Source of the DNA: Candidatus Omnitrophota bacterium
GTDB lineage: Bacteria; Omnitrophota; Gorgyraeia; Duberdicusellales; 4484-171
Assembly (NCBI GenBank): GCA_021735045.1
Contig: JAIPHU010000016.1
Coordinates: 1-18,338, forward strand
DNA: 18,338 bases
Direction: 5' to 3'
Shown one piece after another: positions 1 to 7,769 of the stretch. The notes beneath the pieces were generated by a model, which ran no database searches, was not told the origin of the DNA, and worked only from the letters and a program-made list of their open reading frames with translations. The position numbers and the translations under genes are program-made. Each line of letters begins with the position of its first letter. Within the stretch, counting starts at the first letter, position 1.

Positions 1-403
1 CCTCTAGATCAAGCTGATCAACAAAAGCAGCTATTTCTTTTGCCCAACTTAAAAACTTAGAAAAGCTTACCTGTTCTTTTTCTAAAAAACTTAACTTATT
101 CTTAGAGATCTGGTAGATAAGATAATAAAGTTCTAGATCAGAAATTTCAGGAATGGCTTTTTTCTTAGATACCAGATAATGCATAAACTGATCCATAGAA
201 AATATAGCCGGAGGGACAAAGCTATTTTTAATCTTTCCAGAAAGCTTATCTTTTAAGAATAACCCTGGCCTTTTACCACCGAAAACACAAGCTACTTTTT
301 CTAATGATCTATTTTTTTTATAAAAATCATTATATAAGATATCAGCCAGCCTCTCAATGGAGTCACAACCAAAACTACAACTAATTATCTTAGATTTTTC
401 CAT
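1..403 (-). CDS. AddB-like PD-(D/E)XK nuclease-family partner subunit, N-terminal fragment (gene continues past window start)
   Basis: Absent from the ORF track because it runs off the window. Reverse-strand ATG at 403-401, 3 nt after the stop of the upstream helicase-nuclease gene. Hand translation stays open to position 1 (MEKSKIISCSFGCDSIERLADILYNDFYKKNRSLEKVACVFGGKRPGLFLKDKLSGKIKNSFVPPAIFSMDQFMHYL...). No Walker A. The call rests on its position directly after an AddA/RecB-type gene and on an N-terminus that resembles AddB-like partners from memory. The diagnostic nuclease domain would lie outside the window. Confidence 0.5.
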   Translation of the reverse strand, partial: MEKSKIISCSFGCDSIERLADILYNDFYKKNRSLEKVACVFGGKRPGLFLKDKLSGKIKNSFVPPAIFSMDQFMHYLVSKKKAIPEISDLELYYLIYQISKNKLSFLEKEQVSFSKFLSWAKEIAAFVDQLDLE

Positions 404-406
404 TTT

Positions 407-3400
407 TTAAAATAAATACTCTTTTTGACAATCTTCTAAATAAACTATAACTGCTTTTATCTTTTTTTTAGGATAAATTCCAGCTATAGCTTTCACATAA
501 TCTTTTAACTGCTTATAATAAATTTCACTAGAGCTGCGGCTTTTTTTATAATCAACAACTACAACTTTATCTTTAAAAACTATCAACCTATCTATCCTTT
601 TTGTAACTCCTTTTTTGTCTACTATCTCTTTTTCACAATAGACAAAAGCTTTAGGGCAAAAGAAAATATCCTTTAGGCTGCTATTGGTTATAATCTCTTT
701 TATTTTTTTCCGATAGCCCTCAATATTTATTAGAGAAAAACTATTTTTTATTTCAAAAACTGCTGCCTCAATAACTTTGTTTATATCTTTATCAGAGCAA
801 TCCCCTACAACTGATAAAGCTTTATGTAAGATTATCCCTTCTCTAATTTGGCCCCTTGCCTTACCTATCCCTATCTCAGAGAATTCTTCACTTAAATATT
901 TCGCCCAATCTTTATATGAAGAAGCTTCTGTTTTTTTAATCTTTGGCCTCACCGTTAGAGAGGAATATTTAACTTTTTGCCCTATTTCAATTTTTTCTTT
1001 ATCGATTAAGAATAAGGCTTGATTGTTTGACTTTCCGCTTTTCTTAGGGATAAACGCATATAGCTCATGCTTGGGCCGAGTCAAAGCTACATAAATATTA
1101 TTAAGTTCATCAATACAGGCAAGTTTATAGCTATTTTTATAAATATTTTCAAGCCTATCTGAATAACGCCGATATTCTTTAGTAATCCTTAAAAGATGTA
1201 GTTTTCGGCTATCTTTGATCTCTAAATAAGATTTGGTGCCAGCTGTACCTGTTTCAGGAGAAATACTCATCTTTAAAAACGGAACAACTACTACTGGAAA
1301 CTCTAAGCCTTTTGCTTTATGAATAGTTAAAATCTTAACAGAATTTTTTGCGGTTGTATTAACATAAAGTTTATCAGGACTGGGATCCTTAAGATAGTCC
1401 AGAAAACCCCAAAGACCAGTTTTTTCTTCCTGGCTATCGTTGCATAGCTGAAGAAACTTCTTAAAAAAGGCTTGGGATTGAGGAAAATTACTAGGCAAGT
1501 CAAACTGTTTATAGATGGCTATCAACAACTGATAAGGAGAAATAAATCCCACTGTTTTAAAAAATGGGGCTAATTCTTTTTTCCAAATTTCAGGAAATTG
1601 ATTCAAAAATTTTCTATAAAGATTAGCTTTATCTTTTTTGGCTAACTTTTGTAAATTAAAAAGAAAAGTCCGTAACTGGTCCTTATCTAGGCCGGCCTTT
1701 TTGCTAAAAATATCTCCTAAAATAAATGAAGCAAAGCTTAAGTCATCAACTGGAGAATAAAGAAACTTTAAAAAACTTATCAGCTCTTTTATCTGGGGAT
1801 GCTCCAAAACATTTAAGGTTTTTTCAGATTCAACTGGAACCCCCTCTTCTAGCAACCATCCAGTTAAAAGCTCTAGCTCCCGATTATCACGAGTAAGTAA
1901 AGCTATATCTGTGAGGCTAAAGCGTTTTTTTAGGTCTTCTATTAACTCAACTACCTTTTTTCTAACTATTTGGTTACGTTGAGTTTGATTAGTTTCATTT
2001 AATTTTTGAATATAAACATAGCCAAAATCATTACCTTCCCTATAGCTTTGTTCTGAATCGCTAAAATTATTAACGATCTCTTCTAAATAATTATCTTTTT
2101 CTAATTCTTTTGAAATTTTTGATTCTTTTAAGAACCTTAAGATATTTTGTGAAGAAAAAATAAAATTATTAAACTTAACTATCTCTTTTTGGCTTCGCCA
2201 ATTCTTTTTTAAAAATAAACTATCTGTCTGATAGCCTAGAAATCTTTCTCTTATCTTATCAAAAAGCTGGCTCTGCCCACCTCGGAAGCGATAAATCGCC
2301 TGTTTTTTATCCCCTACATAAAAAAGAGTACCTCCAGAAGATAAGCCCTCTTCGACCATCGGACTTAAATTATCCCACTGGATTCGGCTGGTATCTTGGA
2401 ACTCATCAATTAAATAATGTTGAAAACGGGTAGCCAAACGATAATAAAGTTCAGCTACAGTTATCCCCTCCTGACTAAAAAGAAAACGAGCTTGACGGTT
2501 GAGCTGGCTTAAAAATAAAAGATCTTCTTTTTGTGAAAAAGATTCAAAAATAGCCCCCACCTGGTTGAATAAACCGATATAAGGATTATAAGAAACTTCT
2601 GCTTCTAGCTGAACAACTTGTTTTATCTGCTGATAAATTGAATTCCATTTTTTCAAAAATTCTTCAGACGCTGATTTTCCTTTATTTAAGGCAGGCTGTT
2701 GCTTTGATAAAGCATTGGGTAGTTTAGCAATTTCGAATTGCTGATTGTTTTGTTCAATAAAGTTTAAAACAGAATTTTTAGTGCGTTTATTAACAGAAGG
2801 AGGAAGACTGATGGCTAACTCTTTAATTTTCTTATAAGCCCGGCTCTTGGCTTTAAGCAATGAGTCAATATCAGTTTCATATTTAGAAAAATCTTTCCCG
2901 TAACGGTTAACTAATTCAAAAAGGGCTATCATTAAATCCAGAATTTGGCTCTTGGGAAACCAGCTGCCTCTGTTTTCAACAAATAAATAGTGACGCAAGA
3001 AATTATTTAGTTCTTTACCTAAAAATTTATCAGATAAAGATTTATCTATGAGGCTATCTAAAGCATAAAGCAGCTGATCTTTATAATCTCTTTTTATCCT
3101 AAAAGTTGCCGAACGCCCAATATGTAAAGAACAACCCAGGAGTAAAGAATTAATAAAACTATCTATGGTTTTAACTCCAAAATGGCTATAGTGGCGGATA
3201 ATTTCTTCAATTAATAGATGGGCTTTTTGGCGGGCAAAATCATAATCAACTCCTAAGCTGGTAATAATATCATTTTTTTGTTCCTCGGTTGGAAAAGAAT
3301 CTAGAGCAATATTTTTTAATATCTCTAATATTCGTTCTTTCATCTCATAGGCAGCTTTATTAGTAAAGGTAATAGCTAAAATAGTACGCAGATAGTCAGA

Positions 3401-3535
3401 AGAAGCTACAGAACGATTAATTAAAAGCTGCAAGAATCGCTTAGCTAATGCATAAGTTTTTCCTGATCCAGCCGAAGCCTCAACTATAGCTATTTGAGGA
3501 GATTTAAGCTGAATAAAATTTTTATTTTCTGCCAT
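407..3535 (-). CDS. AddA/RecB-like ATP-dependent helicase-nuclease (UvrD/REP superfamily-1 helicase with C-terminal PD-(D/E)XK nuclease)
   Basis: Walker A / motif I VEASAGSGKTYAL, motif II LIDEFQDTS, motif III AIYRFRGG. C-terminal RecB-type nuclease signature RIDRLIV...VVVVDYKKS. The track start at 3541 is a TTG; an in-frame ATG lies two codons downstream at 3535 (MAENKNF...), so I prefer 3535. The stop is unaffected. Confidence 0.85.
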   Translation of the reverse strand: MAENKNFIQLKSPQIAIVEASAGSGKTYALAKRFLQLLINRSVASSDYLRTILAITFTNKAAYEMKERILEILKNIALDSFPTEEQKNDIITSLGVDYDFARQKAHLLIEEIIRHYSHFGVKTIDSFINSLLLGCSLHIGRSATFRIKRDYKDQLLYALDSLIDKSLSDKFLGKELNNFLRHYLFVENRGSWFPKSQILDLMIALFELVNRYGKDFSKYETDIDSLLKAKSRAYKKIKELAISLPPSVNKRTKNSVLNFIEQNNQQFEIAKLPNALSKQQPALNKGKSASEEFLKKWNSIYQQIKQVVQLEAEVSYNPYIGLFNQVGAIFESFSQKEDLLFLSQLNRQARFLFSQEGITVAELYYRLATRFQHYLIDEFQDTSRIQWDNLSPMVEEGLSSGGTLFYVGDKKQAIYRFRGGQSQLFDKIRERFLGYQTDSLFLKKNWRSQKEIVKFNNFIFSSQNILRFLKESKISKELEKDNYLEEIVNNFSDSEQSYREGNDFGYVYIQKLNETNQTQRNQIVRKKVVELIEDLKKRFSLTDIALLTRDNRELELLTGWLLEEGVPVESEKTLNVLEHPQIKELISFLKFLYSPVDDLSFASFILGDIFSKKAGLDKDQLRTFLFNLQKLAKKDKANLYRKFLNQFPEIWKKELAPFFKTVGFISPYQLLIAIYKQFDLPSNFPQSQAFFKKFLQLCNDSQEEKTGLWGFLDYLKDPSPDKLYVNTTAKNSVKILTIHKAKGLEFPVVVVPFLKMSISPETGTAGTKSYLEIKDSRKLHLLRITKEYRRYSDRLENIYKNSYKLACIDELNNIYVALTRPKHELYAFIPKKSGKSNNQALFLIDKEKIEIGQKVKYSSLTVRPKIKKTEASSYKDWAKYLSEEFSEIGIGKARGQIREGIILHKALSVVGDCSDKDINKVIEAAVFEIKNSFSLINIEGYRKKIKEIITNSSLKDIFFCPKAFVYCEKEIVDKKGVTKRIDRLIVFKDKVVVVDYKKSRSSSEIYYKQLKDYVKAIAGIYPKKKIKAVIVYLEDCQKEYLF

Positions 3536-3648
3536 AATCAAGTTACAACTACCGAATGCAGCCAGAACCTACTTTGTTTGGCCGGTAGCTAAAAATAAAG
3601 GAAGATTTAAAAAAAATGCAGGATAAAACAAACTTAAGCGACAAGTTA

Positions 3649-3996
3649 CTAGAAAAACTTCTCTTTAAGCTTCTTATAATAGTAATGGGCAAATTGGGCT
3701 TGCTTTTTCTTCTCAATTTCTGTAATTTGTCCTCCACAAAAATAGCCTTGTTTTGAACTAATAAATTCTGACCAGATAACTATCATCTTCATCTTTACCG
3801 GTTCATTATCTTCAGGAAGAAAATAATTTATTGCAAGAACTTGGCCCTTTTTCCATTGCACCGATGAACAAAAACAAACGCCCATAAAGGTAAAATCACT
3901 AGCTTGAGCTTTATAGATTTTTCCTACTTCATTTATTGGCTGAATTTGTAAAAAGTCAGAAGACTCCAGCCTAACTAGTTTTCTTTTATTGTCCAT
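3649..3996 (-). CDS. Single-domain PilZ protein (putative c-di-GMP receptor)
   Basis: 115 aa. The N-terminal R5-K-L-V-R9 fits the PilZ RxxxR motif. D34-F-T-F-M-G39, 25 residues later, fits (D/N)x(S/T)xxG, at canonical spacing. ATG start. Confidence 0.6.
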   Translation of the reverse strand: MDNKRKLVRLESSDFLQIQPINEVGKIYKAQASDFTFMGVCFCSSVQWKKGQVLAINYFLPEDNEPVKMKMIVIWSEFISSKQGYFCGGQITEIEKKKQAQFAHYYYKKLKEKFF

Positions 3997-4004
3997 AATG
4001 ATAA

Positions 4005-4013
4005 ATTATAACA
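4005..4013 (-). promoter_or_regulatory. Extended -10 promoter element (TGTTATAAT) upstream of the PilZ gene
   Basis: The minus strand reads TGT-TATAAT (4013-4005), followed by 8 nt (ttatcatt) and the pilZ ATG at 3996. There is no SD and no convincing -35. TATAAT-like strings are common in AT-rich DNA. Confidence 0.3.
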
Positions 4014-4016
4014 TAA

Positions 4017-4709
4017 TTAACCCTTTTTTCTAGCCTTACCATAAGAAACCTTTTTTGCTTTTTGAAATACATTTTGACGGAGAAGTTCCTCCGGATCTAG
4101 ACCAGAAAAAGATGCCAATTGTGCGGCTTTAAACAATATTTCAGAAATTATTTGTTCCTTTTTAGATTTTTTAGTCTCTTTTTTAAACTTATCCATTTCA
4201 TCAGAGATCATCGAAATAACAACATCACTGCTGTCTATACCAGTATTTTTTTTGCCTAAGTTTCTACACTCCTTAAAGAATAAATAAGCCAGCAATAACG
4301 CAGGAGCGGTTTTAGGTAATCTATCTTTTACTGAACTCCTCTTTTTCTTTTTAGCTTTATTTTTTATCCAAACCTTTAATACCTCCTCTTTGGTATTTAG
4401 TTTCTTTTTAGAAAAAACATGAGGATGACGAACAATTAATTTATTTTTAGCTCGGTTAAGACTCTGTTTAAGATCCGATTTATTTTTTTCATCTAACATC
4501 TCAGCTATAACAATAACTATCAAAATTACATCCCCTAACTCTTCTTCGGCTATCTTATATTTTTTATCAGAAAGAGCATCAATAAGTTCATAGGTCTCCT
4601 CAAGCAAACATTTTTTCATAGTTTCAATAGTTTGAGCCCGGTCCCAAGGGCATCCGCCCGGAGAACGTAATTTTCTTATAACTTTAACTAACTGATCAAA
4701 TTCTTTCAT
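4017..4709 (-). CDS. mazG: MazG-family nucleoside triphosphate pyrophosphohydrolase
   Basis: GCPWDRAQT, EETYELIDA and EELGDVILIV motifs typical of MazG. The track start at 4727 is a TTG. The ATG at 4709 forms a classic ATGA start/stop overlap with the ribD stop (4706-4708), so 4709 is preferred (MKEFDQLVKV...). Confidence 0.85.
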   Translation of the reverse strand: MKEFDQLVKVIRKLRSPGGCPWDRAQTIETMKKCLLEETYELIDALSDKKYKIAEEELGDVILIVIVIAEMLDEKNKSDLKQSLNRAKNKLIVRHPHVFSKKKLNTKEEVLKVWIKNKAKKKKRSSVKDRLPKTAPALLLAYLFFKECRNLGKKNTGIDSSDVVISMISDEMDKFKKETKKSKKEQIISEILFKAAQLASFSGLDPEELLRQNVFQKAKKVSYGKARKKG

Positions 4710-5782
4710 CTCTTTAAATTTCCCCAAACTAAAATATCAGCGCCAATTTTTCTTATTTTTAAATTTATCAATCGATGGCTTTTTTTAATTTGTTTAACTC
4801 CGCCAGCTCCTATAGAAGTCAAAGAATTTTTACCGCCAAAGACTTTCGGTGCAATAAAAAAATAAGCTTTATCTACGAGGCCTTGGTCAAAAAATCTTCC
4901 CAAAGTATCAGAACCTCCTTCTACAAATACAGACATAACCCCTAATTGATACAACTTTCTAAGCATCTTTTTTAAAGAAACCTCTCTTTTGTTTGCTTTT
5001 ATCTGAAAAACTTTAATCTTATCAGGTAGTTTGTCTTTTACTTTTGGACCTTTTAAGGTAAAGATAAAAGTACTATCTGCAAAATTTTTAAATAGATATG
5101 AGTTTTTAGGCAAATCTAGACTGGATGAAACTATAATTTTATAAGGAATCTTTTCTACACCGTTAAGCTTAGGGTTATCTTTACGTAAAGTTTCAGCTCC
5201 CACCAATATTGCATCATAATTATCTCGAAGCTTTCGAGCCAAATATCTAGATTTATCTGTAGTTATCCACTTTGATTGACCTAGGCTGGTTGTAATTTTT
5301 CCATCTAGGCTCTGAGCTACTTTTGCAGCTACAAAAGGAAATTTATCTTTGATATTTTTAAAAAAAACTTCATTAACTGCTTTAGCTTCTTTTTTACAAA
5401 TTCCCAAAGACACTTTTATTTTATTTCTCCTAAGCTTATTGATAGATTTACCTTTAACCTGTGGGTTGGGATCTTTAACTGCAATAACTACTCTTTTTAT
5501 GCCTGACTCAACCACTTTATCTACACAGGGGGGAGTTCTGCCAAAATGGAAACAAGGCTCAAGATTAACATACAATGTTGCACCTTTAGCTTTAGCTCCA
5601 GCTTTTTTCAAAGCTACAACTTCTGCATGAGCTAAGCCACATCTTTTATGGAAACCTTTTGCTATTACTTTATTGTCTTTTACAATAACTGCGCCAACCA
5701 AAGGATTAGGAGAAGTTTTACCTTGACCTTTTTTAGCCAACTCTATGGCCTTTTGCATAAAATAAATATCTTTTTTTCTCAT
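4706..5782 (-). CDS. ribD: Bifunctional diaminohydroxyphosphoribosylaminopyrimidine deaminase / 5-amino-6-(5-phosphoribosylamino)uracil reductase
   Basis: CMP/dCMP-type deaminase zinc motifs HAEVVAL and PCFHFGRTPPC, followed by a reductase domain (KVAQSLDGKI..., VEGGSDTLG). 358 aa, ATG start. Confidence 0.93.
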   Translation of the reverse strand: MRKKDIYFMQKAIELAKKGQGKTSPNPLVGAVIVKDNKVIAKGFHKRCGLAHAEVVALKKAGAKAKGATLYVNLEPCFHFGRTPPCVDKVVESGIKRVVIAVKDPNPQVKGKSINKLRRNKIKVSLGICKKEAKAVNEVFFKNIKDKFPFVAAKVAQSLDGKITTSLGQSKWITTDKSRYLARKLRDNYDAILVGAETLRKDNPKLNGVEKIPYKIIVSSSLDLPKNSYLFKNFADSTFIFTLKGPKVKDKLPDKIKVFQIKANKREVSLKKMLRKLYQLGVMSVFVEGGSDTLGRFFDQGLVDKAYFFIAPKVFGGKNSLTSIGAGGVKQIKKSHRLINLKIRKIGADILVWGNLKR

Positions 5783-5789
5783 CTTAAAA

Positions 5790-6650
5790 CTATCCCTTGC
5801 CTAAGGCAATTATTTCGTTTTTTCTTTGTTTCATTTTTAAAACCCAATCGTAGGGAACATCTACACAACCGATCTTGCGAAACTTACCTAAAGATTGATG
5901 GAAATCAGAACCTCCACTTAATAAAAGATTATTACCTAAAGCATAGTCTTTAAAAAAAGACTGTTCTGCATCACTCATGGTTGGATAAGCAACTTCAATT
6001 CCATCTATTTTAAAAGATAAAAAATCATCCAGCCAATCTGGCCGGGTTAACTTATGAGGATGAGCTAAAAAAGCCAAGCCTCCATGGTAATGGATAAAAT
6101 CTATAGCTTCTTTAGAGCTAAACCGGCTTCTACAGATATAACCTATTTTACCGGGAGCAAGATACCTCTTAAAAGCTTCATAGATAGAGTTAACTTGTTT
6201 TATCTTAAGAAGATGTTTAGCTAAATGAAGACGAGTAGGAACAATACCTTCGACTTCTTTAACTAAAGACTCTTTATCAATAGATATACCAGCTAAAACT
6301 AACTTTTCCACCATCTCCTTAAAGCGCAACTGTCTAATTTGATAAGCTTGATCTAAAACTTGGTTAAATAACTTATCTTCTGTATTAACCAAATAAGCTA
6401 AAATATGAACTTCGCTATTTTGGTAAAAAGTAGTCAATTCTAGACCTTCTATCAACTCCAGATCAACTAAATAAGATTCATTTTTAACTTCTCTAACCGC
6501 CTTTACACAATCATGATCAGTTATTGAAATACAAGAAAGTTTTGCTTTTAAGGCTAGAGTTACTAATTCTTGAGGAGATAAAACCCCGTCAGAATAATAA
6601 CTGTGTAGATGTAGGTCACATTTTTTATTTTTTTTAGTTTTTTTGGGCAC
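5790..6650 (-). CDS. PHP-domain metal-dependent phosphoesterase, TrpH/YciV family (3',5'-nucleotide bisphosphatase / RNase AM-like)
   Basis: N-terminal CDLHLHSYYSDG, ITDHD, FKRYLAPGKIGYI, LAHPHK and GGSDFHQ all match the TrpH/YciV pattern as I remember the E. coli protein. GTG start at 6650, 3 nt after the nusB stop. Confidence 0.8.
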   Translation of the reverse strand: MPKKTKKNKKCDLHLHSYYSDGVLSPQELVTLALKAKLSCISITDHDCVKAVREVKNESYLVDLELIEGLELTTFYQNSEVHILAYLVNTEDKLFNQVLDQAYQIRQLRFKEMVEKLVLAGISIDKESLVKEVEGIVPTRLHLAKHLLKIKQVNSIYEAFKRYLAPGKIGYICRSRFSSKEAIDFIHYHGGLAFLAHPHKLTRPDWLDDFLSFKIDGIEVAYPTMSDAEQSFFKDYALGNNLLLSGGSDFHQSLGKFRKIGCVDVPYDWVLKMKQRKNEIIALGKG

Positions 6651-6653
6651 TTC

Positions 6654-7076
6654 CTAACTCTTTTTTTGAATTGTTTTCTCTGTTTTATATATTTTATCTA
6701 AAATACCATTTACAAATCGAGCTGAATCTAGATCACCATAACGCTTAGCCAGCTCAATCGCTTCATTTATTGAAACTTTAGGTGGAATATCATTTAAAAA
6801 GAAAAGTTCAAAAACTGATAGTCTTAAAATATTCCTATCAATAACCGCCATCCTTTTAATCTCCCAGTTCTTTGCATACTTTTTAATTATAGAATCAATT
6901 TTTTCTTTGTTAGAGATTATACCTTCAACTAACTGGGAAAAAAAACTAATAATTAATTTGTCTTTTATAGTTTTGGCTAGAGTGCCGGCGAGAACATCTT
7001 GAGGTTTATTTTTAGATATTTCTATCTGATAAAGAAGACAGAGAGCAATGTCACGTGCTTTTGATCGAGATCTCAT
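6654..7076 (-). CDS. nusB: Transcription antitermination factor NusB
   Basis: 140 aa. RSKARDIALCLLYQ N-terminus, ...DRNILRLSVFEL... and INEAIELAKRYGD..SARFVNGILDKI are typical NusB. Conserved position downstream of ribH. Confidence 0.92.
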   Translation of the reverse strand: MRSRSKARDIALCLLYQIEISKNKPQDVLAGTLAKTIKDKLIISFFSQLVEGIISNKEKIDSIIKKYAKNWEIKRMAVIDRNILRLSVFELFFLNDIPPKVSINEAIELAKRYGDLDSARFVNGILDKIYKTEKTIQKKS

Positions 7077-7086
7077 GGATTAATTT

Positions 7087-7099
7087 TTGACTTAGAGCA
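7087..7099 (-). promoter_or_regulatory. Weak boxA-like motif (minus strand TGCTCTAAGTCAA) 10 nt upstream of the nusB ATG
   Basis: The first 6 nt match the boxA core TGCTCT; the remainder diverges from TTTAACAA. Weaker of two candidates. Confidence 0.15.
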
Positions 7100-7100
7100 T

Positions 7101-7204
7101 TTCGTTCTACGTTCAACGTTCAATGTTCTATGTTCTATGTTAAATATTTATTTAATAACGTTGAACGTCGCACGTCGAACATTGAACAAAGAGCTAAGAG
7201 CTAT
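7101..7204. repeat. Heptad-periodic inverted-arm element A (ribH-nusB spacer)
   Basis: Left arm, six 7-mers NNNGTTC: ttcgttc tacgttc aacgttc aatgttc tatgttc tatgtta (7101-7142). A 13-nt AT loop follows (7143-7155). Right arm, seven 7-mers GAACNNN-like: taacgtt gaacgtc gcacgtc gaacatt gaacaaa gagctaa gagctat (7156-7204). Perfect complementary blocks: 7109-7120 with 7157-7168 (12 bp) and 7118-7128 with 7177-7187 (11 bp). Confidence 0.8.
7182..7194 (-). promoter_or_regulatory. boxA-like motif (minus strand GCTCTTTGTTCAA) between ribH and nusB
   Basis: GCTCTTT matches the 7-nt core of the rrn boxA consensus (T)GCTCTTTAACAA; the downstream half diverges. It lies inside the heptad array, so it may be coincidental. 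Confidence 0.25.
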
Positions 7205-7212
7205 CTCTATAA

Positions 7213-7671
7213 TTATAACTGTGTATATAAATTAGCCATTTCAATAGCAGAGAAAGCTGCATCGGAACCCTTATTGCCCTGCTTAGTTCCAGACCTTTCT
7301 GTTGCCTGTTCAATTGTATCGGCAGTAATAATTCCAAAAGTTATAGGAGTCTTTTTGTCTTGAGCTATTTTGGCTACACCTTTAGCGACTTCCGAAGCTA
7401 TATATTCAAAATGAGGCGTATCGCCCCTGATTACTGCACCCAAGGTTACTACAGCATCAAATTTATTAACTTGTAATTTCGATAAAAGTTGAGGTATCTC
7501 GTATGCACCCGGAGACCAATAGATAGAGATATTCTTATCATCTGTACCGCATTTTTTTAAAGTATCCAAACAACCTTCTAATAGTCTTTTACTGATTGAC
7601 TCATTAAAGCGGGATACTACTATAGCTATTTTTTTACCTTTTCCATTAAACTTTCCTTTTAATTGTTTCAT
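7213..7671 (-). CDS. ribH: 6,7-dimethyl-8-ribityllumazine synthase
   Basis: 152 aa. IAIVVSRFN, WSPGAYEIP, GAVIRGDTPHFEYI and ERSGTKQGNKG are classic RibH motifs. Strong SD (GGAAGGGGG) upstream. Confidence 0.95.
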   Translation of the reverse strand: MKQLKGKFNGKGKKIAIVVSRFNESISKRLLEGCLDTLKKCGTDDKNISIYWSPGAYEIPQLLSKLQVNKFDAVVTLGAVIRGDTPHFEYIASEVAKGVAKIAQDKKTPITFGIITADTIEQATERSGTKQGNKGSDAAFSAIEMANLYTQL

Positions 7672-7706
7672 AAAACCCCCTTCCTTAAAAACCTAAACTC
7701 GTTTAA

Positions 7707-7759
7707 TTACAAATATCAAATTTCAAATGACAAATTAATTCCAAATCTCCAATATCAAA
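7707..7759. repeat. Heptad-periodic arm, left arm of element B
   Basis: ttacaaa tatcaaa tttcaaa tgacaaa + ttaa + ttccaaa tctccaa tatcaaa. That is four NNNCAAA heptads, a phase-breaking TTAA, then three heptads. Confidence 0.8.
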
Positions 7760-7769
7760 TAATTTCTAT

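Noticed and set aside
777-1022. Plus-strand ORFs in the track: 777-1022, 5349-5630, 5648-5953, 7130-7363, 8837-9046, 9274-9477, 10621-10971, 15685-15879, 16817-17014 and 17672-17881. Also the minus-strand out-of-frame ORFs 3549-3737 and 14886-15074.
   Set aside because: All lie inside, antisense to, or out of frame with long, motif-supported genes, or span the heptad spacers. Their translations are low-complexity with no recognisable motifs. They are typical shadow ORFs.
3536-3541. Track start codons at 3541 (helicase) and 4727 (mazG).
   Set aside because: Both are TTG codons with an in-frame ATG a few codons downstream (3535 and 4709). The 4709 ATG forms an ATGA overlap with the ribD stop. 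The shorter models are preferred, though the longer ones cannot be excluded from sequence alone.
3549-3588. A GC-rich bulged hairpin (CTACCG...GCCA-loop-TGGC-CGGTAG) between pilZ and the helicase gene, as a possible intrinsic terminator.
   Set aside because: No U-tract follows it on the minus (transcribed) strand. The stem is only 6 + 4 bp with a 6-nt bulge. It may be a weak structural element, but it is not a supportable terminator call.
1-4709. A helicase-nuclease pair plus MazG plus PilZ as a phage-defence module (Gabija-like or nucleotide-depletion-like).
   Set aside because: The helicase has the full AddA/RecB motif set with a fused RecB nuclease and an AddB-like partner, which is the housekeeping DSB-repair arrangement. 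MazG is translationally coupled to ribD. Nothing here marks an island: no integrase, no tRNA, and no obvious compositional shift by eye.
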